The notes below the pieces were generated by a model that was not told the origin of the DNA, made no database searches, and saw only the letters and a list, made by a program, of their open reading frames with translations. A stretch of DNA of 63,554 bases, counting the filler, from Stramenopiles sp. TOSAG23-6 (taxonomy: Eukaryota): the NCBI GenBank assembly GCA_900128565.1. It is 39 parts of 39 records of this genome, joined end to end, with 100 filler letters (N's around TTAATTAATTAA, not from the genome) between each part and the next. Parts side by side here need not be neighbours in the genome. Positions count along the whole stretch, not along the records: positions 49,078 to 50,601 come from LT638926.1; positions 50,702 to 52,224 come from LT638927.1; positions 52,325 to 53,845 come from LT638928.1; positions 53,946 to 55,466 come from LT638929.1; positions 55,567 to 57,086 come from LT638930.1; positions 57,187 to 58,705 come from LT638931.1; positions 58,806 to 60,323 come from LT638932.1; positions 60,424 to 61,939 come from LT638933.1; 31 more parts are not named here. One strand, given 5' to 3'. Positions 49,934 to 61,066 of the stretch are shown in pieces (within the stretch, counting starts at the first letter, position 1; each line of letters opens with the position of its first letter). The translations under genes and the position numbers were made by a program.

Positions 49934-50498
49934 CATAGAATTTTTTTTTTTTTTTTTTCATAGAAATTTTTGTACGTAACAAATATATCAACGTTTTTGA
50001 AATATTGTTCCACAATATATTGCAATATCATCCAAATGTGCAAGGTAAAAACACATCATCTGGTGTTTTTGATTTACTACTAACTACTTGTATGTTGGTC
50101 AATCAACAGAATCCTAACACTGGTTTTATCATTTTTTACAATCAATTTTTTTTTTTAATTTTTTTTTGGTAGATAATTTTGTACCTAAGATTTTTTTTTT
50201 TAAATTTTGAGTTATTTTCACACAAATGCAGCTGTAGATTGGACATGTAAACTTTGGAATCTCAGTCAGAATGATAGACCATTATATGTTTTATTTTTTT
50301 TAATTTTTTTTTGTTTGGTTTTCGTACGAAATTTCGTACCTAACAAATTTTAACAAAAAAAAATATTTTTCACAATATATATATTCTTTTCAAGCTCATG
50401 ACTATTTACTTGATGTGAAATGGTCACCCATGCATCCTTCATTATTTGCTACCGGTGATGCTAGTGGCAATGTCAATTTTTGGAATATAAATGTCGAT
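49163..50498 (+). CDS. Cytoplasmic dynein intermediate chain (WD40), internal exons
   Basis: Spliced HTQPIYSLSMVGTAAANNLVSVST..GHFGPVTALQYHP..LLTTSVDWTCKLW..PLYSF..DVKWSPMHPSLFA. Seven family introns or intron ends. Confidence 0.9.
49228..49329 (+). mobile_element. Family intron, GT...AT
   Basis: tca at|GTATGTTT...GAAATAAAT|g gta. Confidence 0.85.
49594..49708 (+). mobile_element. Family intron (core degraded), GT...AT
   Basis: ccc ac|GTATTTTT...AAAATAAAT|g ggt. Confidence 0.65.
49840..50020 (+). mobile_element. Family intron, GT...AT
   Basis: gcg t|GTACGTTT...CACAATATAT|tg caa. Confidence 0.85.
50090..50231 (+). mobile_element. Family intron ending in AG
   Basis: act t|GTATGTT...CACAAATGCAG|ct gta gat tgg. 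Confidence 0.85.
50284..50380 (+). mobile_element. Family intron with ATATGTTT 5' end (exact register ambiguous)
   Basis: cca tt|ATATGTTTT...CACAATATAT|a tat tct restores RPLYSF. A +4 shift gives an equivalent GT...AT intron. Confidence 0.75.
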
Positions 50499-50543
50499 GT
50501 ATGTTACATTTTCATTTTCGATTTTTTTTTTTTTTTTTTACCG

Positions 50544-50581
<38 letters not shown>

Positions 50582-50807
50582 TTTAATTTTTAAAATTTTT
50601 TNNNNNNNNNNNNNNNNNNNNNNNNNNNNNNNNNNNNNNNNNNNNTTAATTAATTAANNNNNNNNNNNNNNNNNNNNNNNNNNNNNNNNNNNNNNNNNNN
50701 NTTTTTTTTTTTTCCCAAAAAAAAAAAAATCCAATTTTTTTTTTTATAAAAATTTTTTTCCCAACAAATTTAAATTTTTTTTTTTCAAATATTTTACCAA
50801 AATACAG

Positions 50808-51735
50808 TAAGCTATACAACATCTAAAAAATGTTCAAAATTACTTATAGACGCCGGTGCTGATCTATCAAAGATTCATTTTCGTGCATCTTTAAAGAATC
50901 AAAACATGAATGTATCTTTTATTTTTTTTTTTTAAACAAAAAAATTCGAATTTATTTTTTTTTGAAAATTTTGTACCTAACAATTTTTTTAGATTTTTTT
51001 TGAAATATTTTTCCAAAATACGTGGACAAATTGGACAAAATAATTTTTTATATTCTTCATTTGATGAAACAATAACAGAAATGAATGGATTTGACTTATT
51101 ACGACTGTATTTAATAACACAAAGAAAATTAAAACATTTGAGAATAAAACGAAATAGTTTGAATGTATTAGAACAATCAAAAAAATATAGTACATCTCAA
51201 ACGATGCATTCAAAAATGAGGTATCAAAATAGATTTAGTACGTTTTATTTTTTATTTTTTTTTGAGTTTTTGAATTTTTTGAATTTTTTTTCATACGAAA
51301 TTTTGTACCTAACAAAAAACAAATTTAAAAAAAAAAAAATTCACAATATATGCAATACACCAGTCATCTATGATGTATTTGATGATAGGTGGACAAAAAA
51401 AGAAGTTCAAAAACGTATTCAACAATATACAAAGAACCAAAACAACACAAGAAATCCTAACTTTAATCAACAATATCCACATTTTTCACTTCGAGTAGGT
51501 AAAGGTATTACATCTGAATATCGTGATTATAATCATTCAAAGTCTTTCAAAAGACATTTAAATAGTAGTTCTAGAAGTAGTATCATGAAACGACACTTAT
51601 ATAGTTCTAGAAGTAATACAAAACATTTAAAACAATATTTGCGTTCATTTGCACATGATCAAAATCAAAATCAAAATGTACATCATATAGAAAACAAAAA
51701 AATAAAAGAAATAAAAGAAATAAAAGAAACCAAAA

Positions 51736-51774
<39 letters not shown>

Positions 51775-51783
51775 ATGGATTAT

Positions 51784-51815
<32 letters not shown>

Positions 51816-52116
51816 AACCATCGGCATACTCTTGCAAGATACCGAGTTAAAATACCAAACAGGTTTGCGCGATCGCATGTGGGTATAGATGTACAAAAGT
51901 CAAATCGAATAAAAATGTGGAGACGACAAAATTACAAAAAAACTTTAAAAAAAACTTTAAAAAAAACAAAAAAACAAAAAAATAATGGACAATTTGATAC
52001 AAATCAATTTTTTAGTAAAAAACACCTGGAAAAACTTATAAAAAAACCATTTATTATAGCATGTCAAAATGGTGATTTAGACACCATTGAAAAAATGATC
52101 AAAAATGATGCGACTT
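50808..52116 (+). CDS. Ankyrin-repeat protein with low-complexity insertions, internal exons
   Basis: KLLIDAGAD; FIIACQNGDLDTIEKMI. Family introns at 50912-51023 and 51238-51351. Confidence 0.65.
50912..51023 (+). mobile_element. Family intron ending in GT
   Basis: atg aat|GTATCTTTT...TCCAAAATACGT|gga caa; phase 0. Confidence 0.65.
51238..51351 (+). mobile_element. Family intron, GT...AT (in frame)
   Basis: ttt a|GTACGTTTT...CACAATATAT|gc aat. Confidence 0.7.
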
Positions 52117-52326
52117 GTACGTTTTTTATTTCAATTTTTTTTTTGAAATTAAATTTTGTTTTTTTTTCGTACGAAATTTTGTACCTAACATATTTTTTTT
52201 TTTTAATATTTTTTTTTTCTCCATNNNNNNNNNNNNNNNNNNNNNNNNNNNNNNNNNNNNNNNNNNNNTTAATTAATTAANNNNNNNNNNNNNNNNNNNN
52301 NNNNNNNNNNNNNNNNNNNNNNNNAT

Positions 52327-52425
52327 GTATGTTTTCAGGATCAATTTTAAATTCATTTTTTTTTCGTACGAAATTTTGTACCTAACAAAAACTTTTACTA
52401 AAAAAAATATTTTCCCAAAATACAT
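52327..52425 (+). mobile_element. Family intron, GT...AT
   Basis: at|GTATGTTTT...CCCAAAATACAT|g aaa. The upstream exon is lost at the contig edge. Confidence 0.75.
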
Positions 52426-53781
52426 GAAAGCTACGGATAAAATGAATCGTCTTATGAAAAATGCAGGAAAAAAAATCACCTCACATGTGGGAAAGAATAA
52501 AGATGTTCATTTTTCTTCTAAAACTAAAAGAATGTATGTTTTCATCAATTCTAACTAATTATAGATAATGACGTACCTCAATGTTTTTTTTAATCTACAT
52601 TTTTTTTATAGGAAATTTCGTACCTAACAAATTTGAAAAAAAAAATATACTTTTTTACAATGTGTGGTCGCAACATTTGAAAAAGATTCACATAATTTGA
52701 AACAAGTAACTAGAAGTGGTTTGTCTCTGTTGATGCAAAGTCTTCAGCACGTAGAAAACAAAGCGAGTCTTCGAATTGTTCATTCAACAATATATCAGAA
52801 ACATGTCGCTGTCAAGCATGTACATTTTNAAAATTGAATTTCAAATGTATATATATTTTTCATACTAAATTCCGTACCTAACGATTTTTTTTCGGTAAAA
52901 AAAAAATATATTTTTTCACAATACAGGGACATGTAGAAGAAGATCCCGATCCAACAAAATCAAGTGCAACTCAGCAAAATCTCGCTGCAGCTTCAATTAT
53001 TGTTAATGCTGTGATGGATTTCAATACGGAAGTACGTTTTCATTATGAATTTTAAATTTCTTTTTTTTTATTCAAAACAAAATATACTAAACAAATTTCA
53101 AATTTGATATAATTCCCCAAAATACATGTATTCTACTCTATGGACTGTGCTGCGGAAATTGTACTAGAAGATGGCAAAAATGTTGTAGTAGATACGACAG
53201 ATGATATCTATGGAAAAGAAGCTTCAGAACTTGTATCTGAAGTTGCTGAAGCACTCACTGATGATATATCTGTTGCTGGTACAATGTGTAAAATGGCAAG
53301 CATTGCCTCGTGTGGTACAACCACTGTAGTTGTAGGTATTGGCAAAAGCGCGATACATTTGAAAAATCGTTCAGAATGGGCGTCAGGCGATATCATTCAA
53401 CAAGGGTTTATGTACAGTTTACTTCCTCGAGAGTTATCAGATGTAATTAAAGTTGCTAAAAGTGTAAGCAAAAGCACAAAAGAAAAGGCAACCAATTTTT
53501 ATCATCAAGGTCTGGAAAGTTTTCAAAAAATAAAAAAACAAACCTGGTTTCGCAAGGGTAAAGCAGTAGCTGCTGCAAAAGATCATGAAACACCTAAAAC
53601 AACGAAAAACAATGCGACTGATAGTATCGTACATGAAATGGATGGTGTAACAAAAGAAGCTGATGTAGTTGTGAATGTTGCAACAAAAGTGATTCTAAAG
53701 TGGACCAAAGTCTGGTGTATTTTACGACAAGACACCTTTGCTGTATTTCAGGAAAAGCCAAAAAAAGATAACGCAGAAGAT
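52426..53781 (+). CDS. Multi-exon protein reaching the start of a PH domain
   Basis: KWTKVWCILRQDTFAVF. Continuous frame after removing introns 52534-52665, 52820-52926 and 53031-53127. Confidence 0.6.
52534..52665 (+). mobile_element. Family intron ending in GT
   Basis: aga at|GTATGTTTT...ACAATGTGT|g gtc. Confidence 0.6.
52820..52926 (+). mobile_element. Family intron ending in AG
   Basis: aag cat|GTACATTTT...CACAATACAG|gga cat. Confidence 0.8.
53031..53127 (+). mobile_element. Family intron, GT...AT
   Basis: acg gaa|GTACGTTTT...CCAAAATACAT|gta ttc. Confidence 0.8.
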
Positions 53782-53991
53782 GTATGTTTTATTTTTTTTC
53801 AATTTCGATTTTTTTTCGTACGAAATTTTGTACCTAACGATTTTTNNNNNNNNNNNNNNNNNNNNNNNNNNNNNNNNNNNNNNNNNNNNTTAATTAATTA
53901 ANNNNNNNNNNNNNNNNNNNNNNNNNNNNNNNNNNNNNNNNNNNNAAAATGAAAAAATACACAAAAATTTAGAGCCTTGTATTTGTTCAGG

Positions 53992-54159
53992 TGTTATTAG
54001 TTCCATTGAAGAACCTCAGAGATCCATATTAATGTTTGTTTTAGATATCCTCGTAGACGTTGAGAAATATAAAGACTGTAATTTGATGACTGCAAAAAAC
54101 ATAGCTGTTGTCATAGCTCCCAATCTTTTCCCTCCTCCCACGGAAACACAATTGAAAAA
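53992..54159 (+). CDS. RhoGAP domain C-terminal exon
   Basis: NLMTAKNIAVVIAPNLF. Confidence 0.75.
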
Positions 54160-54660
54160 NNNNNNNNNNNNNNNNNNNNNNNNNNNNNNNNNNNNNNNNN
54201 NNNNNNNNNNNNNNNNNNNNNNNNNNNNNNNNNNNNNNTATATTGTTCATTTTAGATAAAATAAAACAAGTGCCTTAATTATTTTTCTTAACGACACTAT
54301 ACATTTTTTCAGGTGCCAACTTCTGTTCCAGAAGAACCGCCGCTAACTGGCTCAAGTGCTGCGAGTATATATTTATTTTGAAGTTTTGGAAATATCTTTC
54401 CTGCTTGCAGAGTAATAATAATACTAAGTGATATTATTGAAATCAAAATGTTCATTGTTGTCGTTGTGTAATTGATAAATCAAATTTGAAATTGTGCTTC
54501 ATCTTTTTGCAATCTAAATCTGTTTTGTTGTTGTTGTTGTTGTTGTTAACAAGTATTACTCATTTAGTACTGCCACCGGATGTACAAACTATAGCTTATA
54601 CTCATCGAACCGAATCTGAATCTGGTCAGATTTGTATAAAACACGATTAATACAAAGTAA

Positions 54661-55413
54661 ATGGGAAAAAATAATATTGACAGGACTGGTGATGAGGAGC
54701 AAAGGAATATTCGAACTGATGATATGAGTGGGAAAACTTCTGCTAACGGCGTCGCAAATAAAAGGTTCCATACATTGACCCGAGCAATCAGAAAACTTAA
54801 AAAGCCAACAAAAAAGCACAAGTTTAATAAAGGAGTCAAGATGCACATGAGCAAACGTATTTGGATAGAAAAGCATCATAAGGTCCATGATGAACTAATT
54901 GACACTGCGACGTCTGGTGTTGGTAAAAATATCAATAAACATATTCAACTCATCGACGGGAACCGAAAACTTCAGGCTAAAGAACCAAAGTGCATTGTTG
55001 CTGCGAGGCACCGCCAAAAGGTTGTTGACTTTGAAAATGAAGGGATAATGCACTTGTTGTTACGAGTTAAGGAAAGGAAAAATAGGTACCATGGCAATAA
55101 AAATGATAACTGGCATGAACTAATACAACAGAAAAAAATATATAGACAAAAAGCAGTAAAGGCTGCAGTTGAAAGTTATAAACAAAAGATTGAAGAAGAG
55201 AATAAAGTGATACTCGGTCATTTATGCAAAATTAAGTCTTCTTTTTCTGCCGATCGATGGAAAAAAGATTATAAAAGACATCTACATATGCGAAAAGTAA
55301 TGGCTCAAGTTTCAAGACCAAAAAACAAAAAAAAAGCCACGCATAAGTATTCCTTCGTGGCAGGTTCACCCGCCAGTGAAAGAGGGATTCCTGAATACAA
55401 CGCTGATATGGAT
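54661..55413 (+). CDS. CFAP97/Hemingway-like domain protein, partial
   Basis: KIEEENKVILGHLCKIKSSFSADRWKKDYKRH pattern. Ends at family donor 55414. Confidence 0.5.
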
Positions 55414-55566
55414 GTATGTTTTATTTTTTTTCAAATTCGAATTGTTTTTTCATACGAAATTTTGTANNNNNNNNNNNNNNNNNNNNNNNNNNNNNNNNNN
55501 NNNNNNNNNNTTAATTAATTAANNNNNNNNNNNNNNNNNNNNNNNNNNNNNNNNNNNNNNNNNNNN

Positions 55567-55967
55567 CCTTCGTCCTCGGCGCCATATAACATTCCCATAT
55601 TTAGTGCTGCCCCTAAGTGGTGTAGATAGTGCAACCAGGAAACATTTTTGCCTTTTACTATCAAGAAAAGTGTATCGGCAAACTCGACGAACTTGCTCAT
55701 GAAGAACGCCCACACAATTCGCCGAAATGAAGGGTCACGAAATGCAACTGAGCAGTCCTGACTGAATAAAGGCACTCTTTGCACAGCCATTATCATTCCT
55801 ACACAGCACCACAGAGAAAAGAAAACCATCCCCAAGTTGTAAATGAGCATGAGTGGCTTCCAAAATGAAGCGGTGCTTGCTGAGTTCCCGTACGCCCGTT
55901 TCAGCACGGGAACGGCCACCGCGTAGACCGGAAGAGCCAAAAAGCTTGGTTGCCAAAGAACGTCCAT
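55567..55967 (-). CDS. GNS1/SUR4 (ELO) fatty-acid elongase N-terminal half
   Basis: YNLGMVFFS, FFMSKFVEFADTLFL, WLHYLHH. Confidence 0.92.
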
Positions 55968-57186
55968 TGAAATAAACCGTTGGTAAAAGTATAGCTGTTT
56001 GAGATGCTTATTTGAATAAAAGTGCAAGATGTTTTAATTTTCTTTGTTAGTAAACATTTTCAATCGTAGTTCTTATTCGTCAATGCAGTGCAGTATTCGG
56101 CAACTTGAGCAGGTATCACCAATTAGTTTCAACAGAAGATATGTGAAAAAAAATTGTTGTAGTAGTAGTAGCGATAAGTAATAAATGTTGGTGGGCGATG
56201 ATATTCCTATGTAATTTTAATTGAATCATCATCATTTTTCTTCGTCATTCACAACACTTCTTTTTATTATACACTACAGGTATATACCAGGGTACGGTAT
56301 AAATATTATACCTGGGTCCTCGGTATAATACCAAGGTGAAAATACAAAAAAATAATAATTGGACGACCTCGTATTCTTCGATTAGTCGTCTTTAAAAATA
56401 TATGTATAAATACATCAACACAGCAAAGGGATTAAATTTTTTGGTAAAAAAGTCCTCCAAGCTTTCCAAGTACGAGAGTCTCCTAAAGGTTGTTTCTATG
56501 CTATGACCTGTTATAAATGTTATATTAACCACAAGACTTTGATGGAATGACGCATTTTGCATTTCGCAAGTGCGTCATTTTATTGTCATTATTGCCTTTG
56601 TTTGTTGTAAAAAAATAGAGGGCATCTTCGTTTTCATTTACCCTACTATTACCTCTAATCGTACTACACATCAACAAATTTTTGCGCTGAAAAAATAATT
56701 ATCTAATAATAATAAAATTATTTTTCTATTATAAACTGTGCTACTAGTCTATGATGATGATATTTGATAGACTATGTAAATGAACAAAATACATTGAATA
56801 GCTATGAGAGAGATAGCAGCAAACCTAAAAATAATAGTTTTAAAACTTTACGCCTTAACTCGTCTTTAAAAATGATGGTCAGGTCGCGGAACCTGCTCTC
56901 GATACTAGTGAACATCTTTCCACACAAGATCAAAACCTGCGATCAGAACTAATCCTCTTGCTCCCAAAAATATTTTTCCAAATTGTCGGTTTAATCCACG
57001 TGTAATCACTTCTTTCTAGATACCCTTTAACAGTTTTATTCAAGGCAGAGAACGTGTTACTCTCCAACGCGGATAGACTCATTTGGNNNNNNNNNNNNNN
57101 NNNNNNNNNNNNNNNNNNNNNNNNNNNNNNTTAATTAATTAANNNNNNNNNNNNNNNNNNNNNNNNNNNNNNNNNNNNNNNNNNNN

Positions 57187-58559
57187 CAGAAGCAAGCAAA
57201 AATGCTGCTGAGACATATGCGCTTGAAATGGCAATCCATTTGAAGAGAGCAGAGCGTGAACGAAAAAAGAAAGAACTGGAAGCTGAGTTTTCTGGTGTCT
57301 TTGCAGAAGTCACTCAAAAACGAGAACAACTTGGTACATTGGAGCGAAATATTGCAGAAATGGAAATGAATAGGCAACGCAAAGATCGCGAATTCCAAAG
57401 GCTACAACGTAAATTGATGGAATTATTAGAAGAACAAAAGCTTGAGTTAGATAACTTACGAGCCAAAGGAGTAGAGCTTGAGGTTGCTACTGCCACATCT
57501 GCTGCTGCTGCTGCTGCAACGGCATCATCTGCAAAGAAACATGAAGAAAAGACAAAGGCAATTTTTTCGGGTACAGAAGAGTTATTGAAGTTTCAATTTA
57601 TGAGTATGAGTCTTGGATATTTTAATAGTTTGAACATGCTCAAATCATTAAAAGATATGAATGCAGATACAACTGCTAGTGCCATGAAGTCTTCAGCGGA
57701 CACTGCTGCCGCCGCCGCTGCTGCTGCTGCTGCTGCGAATATCCCATCCATGAAACATCTCGGTATTGGGGCAGACGAATTAGTCAGCGCAATGTCGCAA
57801 AAACGAATTATGAATGCTGCTGCAAAGAAAAAGGAAATAGAAGACGCAAAGAAAGCAATGCAAGAATCATTTCCTGATGATGTGCATATATGGAAAGTTC
57901 GTGACGTTGTCCGATGGTTGGATCTACAAATGCTTGGACAATACAAGAAAGCTTTCAAGGAAGCTGCTGTAGATGGTGATTTCTTGATGGAATTAACACC
58001 GGAAGATATGCGAGATATATTGGGTATTGAGCATAGATTACATGTGAAGAAAATAATAACGATGAGAGAAAGATTAAAGCCTTTGACTGCTGCTGAAATT
58101 AGACAAAGGAACGAACTACAGCGAGAAGAACACGCATCACAGTTGAGATCAATGGGTGCTGGTGCTTCAGCAATGCATCGCATATCTGAGACGAAGTCGA
58201 GCAGTGGTGAACCACCACCAACATTAACAACTCTATTTATGCACGTTCGAAATGGTCGTAAAAATAAAGTAGAAACCGGAATTGGTCGAGGATTTGATGT
58301 CAATACTGAAGATGGTCATGGAAATACATTGTTGATTACAGCTGCTCAGCAAGTAAACATTCCAATGTGTGAAATGCTCATTGATCGAGGTGCCAAAATT
58401 AATCATCAAAATTTGCAAGGGAATACTGCACTTCATTATGCCATGGCATATGATCCTACAGGGGATGTTGGGGAATTTCTTATTGCAAAAGGTGCTGATG
58501 ACACAACTGAAAACCAGTGGGGATTATCACCATATGATGGAATTTCAGATGATATGTAA
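57187..58559 (+). CDS. Coiled-coil + SAM + ankyrin-repeat protein, 5' partial
   Basis: SAM WKVRDVVRWL..F..AAVDGDFL; ANK GNTLL, GNTALHYA. Confidence 0.85.
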
Positions 58560-58805
58560 AAAAAACGAATGTGAGGGATTTTATTGTTTAAATAAAAACT
58601 TTTTTAGAGTAATAATTATTTTTTGTATTAAATTTTGTACCTTAAAATTGATAGCTCAGCAAGCAGGCTTCCAAACGGGTCCCCCACGATCGTACTAGCT
58701 GCTCTNNNNNNNNNNNNNNNNNNNNNNNNNNNNNNNNNNNNNNNNNNNNTTAATTAATTAANNNNNNNNNNNNNNNNNNNNNNNNNNNNNNNNNNNNNNN
58801 NNNNN

Positions 58806-59648
58806 GAGGCAGAAGGTTGTATAAGATATCGGCGAGTGTTTAATGCAATTCAACGTCAGGTGGAAGAAGAAGTCAAAACAAATTCAGGTTTAGATAGCGT
58901 TCCTCTCTCTGAAGCGATAGCATCATCAGCAGTAAAAACAGCAATGTATGTTTTTCATCATAAAAAAAGTTTCAATTTTTTTTCATACGAAATTTCGTAC
59001 CTAAACAAAAAAAATATTTTTTTTTTTTTCACAATACATGGACATTGGCGCTAAAGCTATCGTAGTGCTTACACAAAGTGGAGCCACTGCCCGTTTAGTT
59101 GCTAAATATCGTCCAAGTCAACCAATATTATGTCTAACACCATCCACAGACACTGCACGAAATACAAATGGATTACTCCGGGGTGTGACATCGCGTGTTA
59201 TGTACGTTTTTTTTGTACCAAATTTTGTACCTAACGAATTTTTTTTTTTTTTTTTTTTCATTCATTTCAAATTTTTTTTTCATTGAAAATTTTGTACCTC
59301 ATAATTTTTTTTTCTAAAAAAAAAATATGTTTTCACAATACATGAAATCAATGGAAGGTTCAGATGGCATTCTTAGACAAGCAGGTCTGTTAGCCAAAGA
59401 ATTAGGGTGGGTGAATTCAGGGGATCTTTACGTAGCTATTCACGTATGTTTTTTTTTTGGTACGAAATTGTATACCTAACAATTTCTTTTAAATCATTTG
59501 TTTCATCATTTATGTCCTTTTTTTTTTTTTTTAAATTTTTGTTACTTAACAAAACATTGAATGTCTGAAATATTTTTTCATAGTACATGGACAAATTGAA
59601 GGTCTTAGTGGTGAAACTAATTTGATGAAAGTACTAACAGTGTCTTAG
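58806..59648 (+). CDS. Pyruvate kinase C-terminal domain, four exons
   Basis: EAIASSAVKTAMDIGAKAIVVLTQSGATARLVAKYRP..LRGV..GDLYVAIHGQIEGLSGETNLMKV*. Confidence 0.95.
58946..59039 (+). mobile_element. Family intron, GT...AT
   Basis: gca at|GTATGTTT...CACAATACAT|g gac. Confidence 0.9.
59202..59343 (+). mobile_element. Family intron with duplicated core, GT...AT
   Basis: gtt at|GTACGTTT...CACAATACAT|g aaa. Confidence 0.9.
59444..59588 (+). mobile_element. Family intron, GT...AT
   Basis: att cac|GTATGTTT...CATAGTACAT|gga caa. Confidence 0.88.
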
Positions 59649-59651
59649 TTT

Positions 59652-59890
59652 TATGTTTTTTTTTTTAAATAAAAGTAGAAATATAAGACATTTCTTATTG
59701 TATGTTTTTTTTTAAAAAAAAAAGTAGAAATATAAGACATTTCTTATTGTATGGTTTTTAAAATAAAAGTAGAAATATAAGACATTTCTTATTGTATGGT
59801 TTTTTTAAATAAAAGTAGAAATATAAGATATTTCTTATTGTATGGTTTAAAAAAAAAAAATAGAAATATAAGACATTTATTATTGTATGG
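59652..59890. repeat. Five tandem units of about 47 nt downstream of the PK stop
   Basis: TATG(G/T)TTTT..AAA(T)AAAAGTAGAAATATAAGACATTTCTTATTG x5. Confidence 0.85.
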
Positions 59891-60484
59891 TACAATATAT
59901 AAGATATCATATGCTAAAAGTTATAATTCTTGTTCAAATTGATTAATGACGTCATTACTACGGTTTATAAATTGTTGAGCCATTGTCACATGAAAATTCA
60001 ATGCGATTCGTTCGGCGCGTCGTACGTAAGCCAAAACTTTCTTATTCATTGATGCTGAAACGTCACTACATGTTTTTCTATCATTTTCTTCAGAAAATTT
60101 ACCATTATACGCAGGACTTTTAATTTTTTTTTGAATAATTTGTAGAAATTGAGTATATGCTAGAGTTTCATTTTCCTTGGAAACAAATCCTAAGAATGAA
60201 TTGTCTTTATCCCACGAATTCTCTACTTTTGAAAAATCATTTTCAGTAAGATTTGATAAACGAAGGCATGTATTTTGGAAAAATATTTCAAAAAAAAAAA
60301 CTTAAATTTGTTAGGTACAAAATNNNNNNNNNNNNNNNNNNNNNNNNNNNNNNNNNNNNNNNNNNNNTTAATTAATTAANNNNNNNNNNNNNNNNNNNNN
60401 NNNNNNNNNNNNNNNNNNNNNNNGCATAGTACAATACGCGCACTTACACGATATATATACTCTCAAGTAAAGCCTATTAAAGAT

Positions 60485-61066
60485 GTGAATCGAAATAAAT
60501 GTAAAAATGTACAGTTAAAACATATGCGTGTCCCAAGGACACTTGGAGCAAAGACGCATGAAAAGATTGCCATTACCGGAATGGCTTGCCGATTCCCAGG
60601 GAATTCAAATACACCTGATTCTTTTTGGAATATGTTATGTAGTGGATATGATGCGATGTCTGCGAATCCTCCAGCATGGCGTCGTGACCTTGGTGGTGGA
60701 GGTGGGTTTTTGTCGGAAGAAACTATAACTACGTTTGACCCGAAAGCCTTTGGTTTGTCTCCAAATGAAGCTCAGGAGATGGATCCACAACAACGGCTTC
60801 TGTTACAAACAGCGAGAGAAGCACTCGAAGATTCTGGAATGCTACAAAATGATGGTTCTGTTATTGATAATGAAATGGTTGGAGTATACTTAGGTATGAT
60901 GAATTTTGATTATTCGGCGAAAGCTATCGATTCGGAATCACCGTATTCAGTTACTGGTGTTTCAATGAGTATTGCTGCGAATCGTATTTCGTATATATTT
61001 AATTTACGTGGACCATGTTTTGCAGTCGATACCGCTTGTTCATCAAGTCTTGTTGCGATGCACCGG
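60485..61066 (+). CDS. Type I polyketide synthase, ketosynthase N-half
   Basis: IAITGMACRFPG, MDPQQRLLL, ANRISY, DTACSSSLVA. Confidence 0.95.

Noticed and set aside
57593-58303. Long antisense ORF (also 31298-31708 and 43431-44006)
   Set aside because: These are shadows of sense-strand ORFs and show no domain signal.
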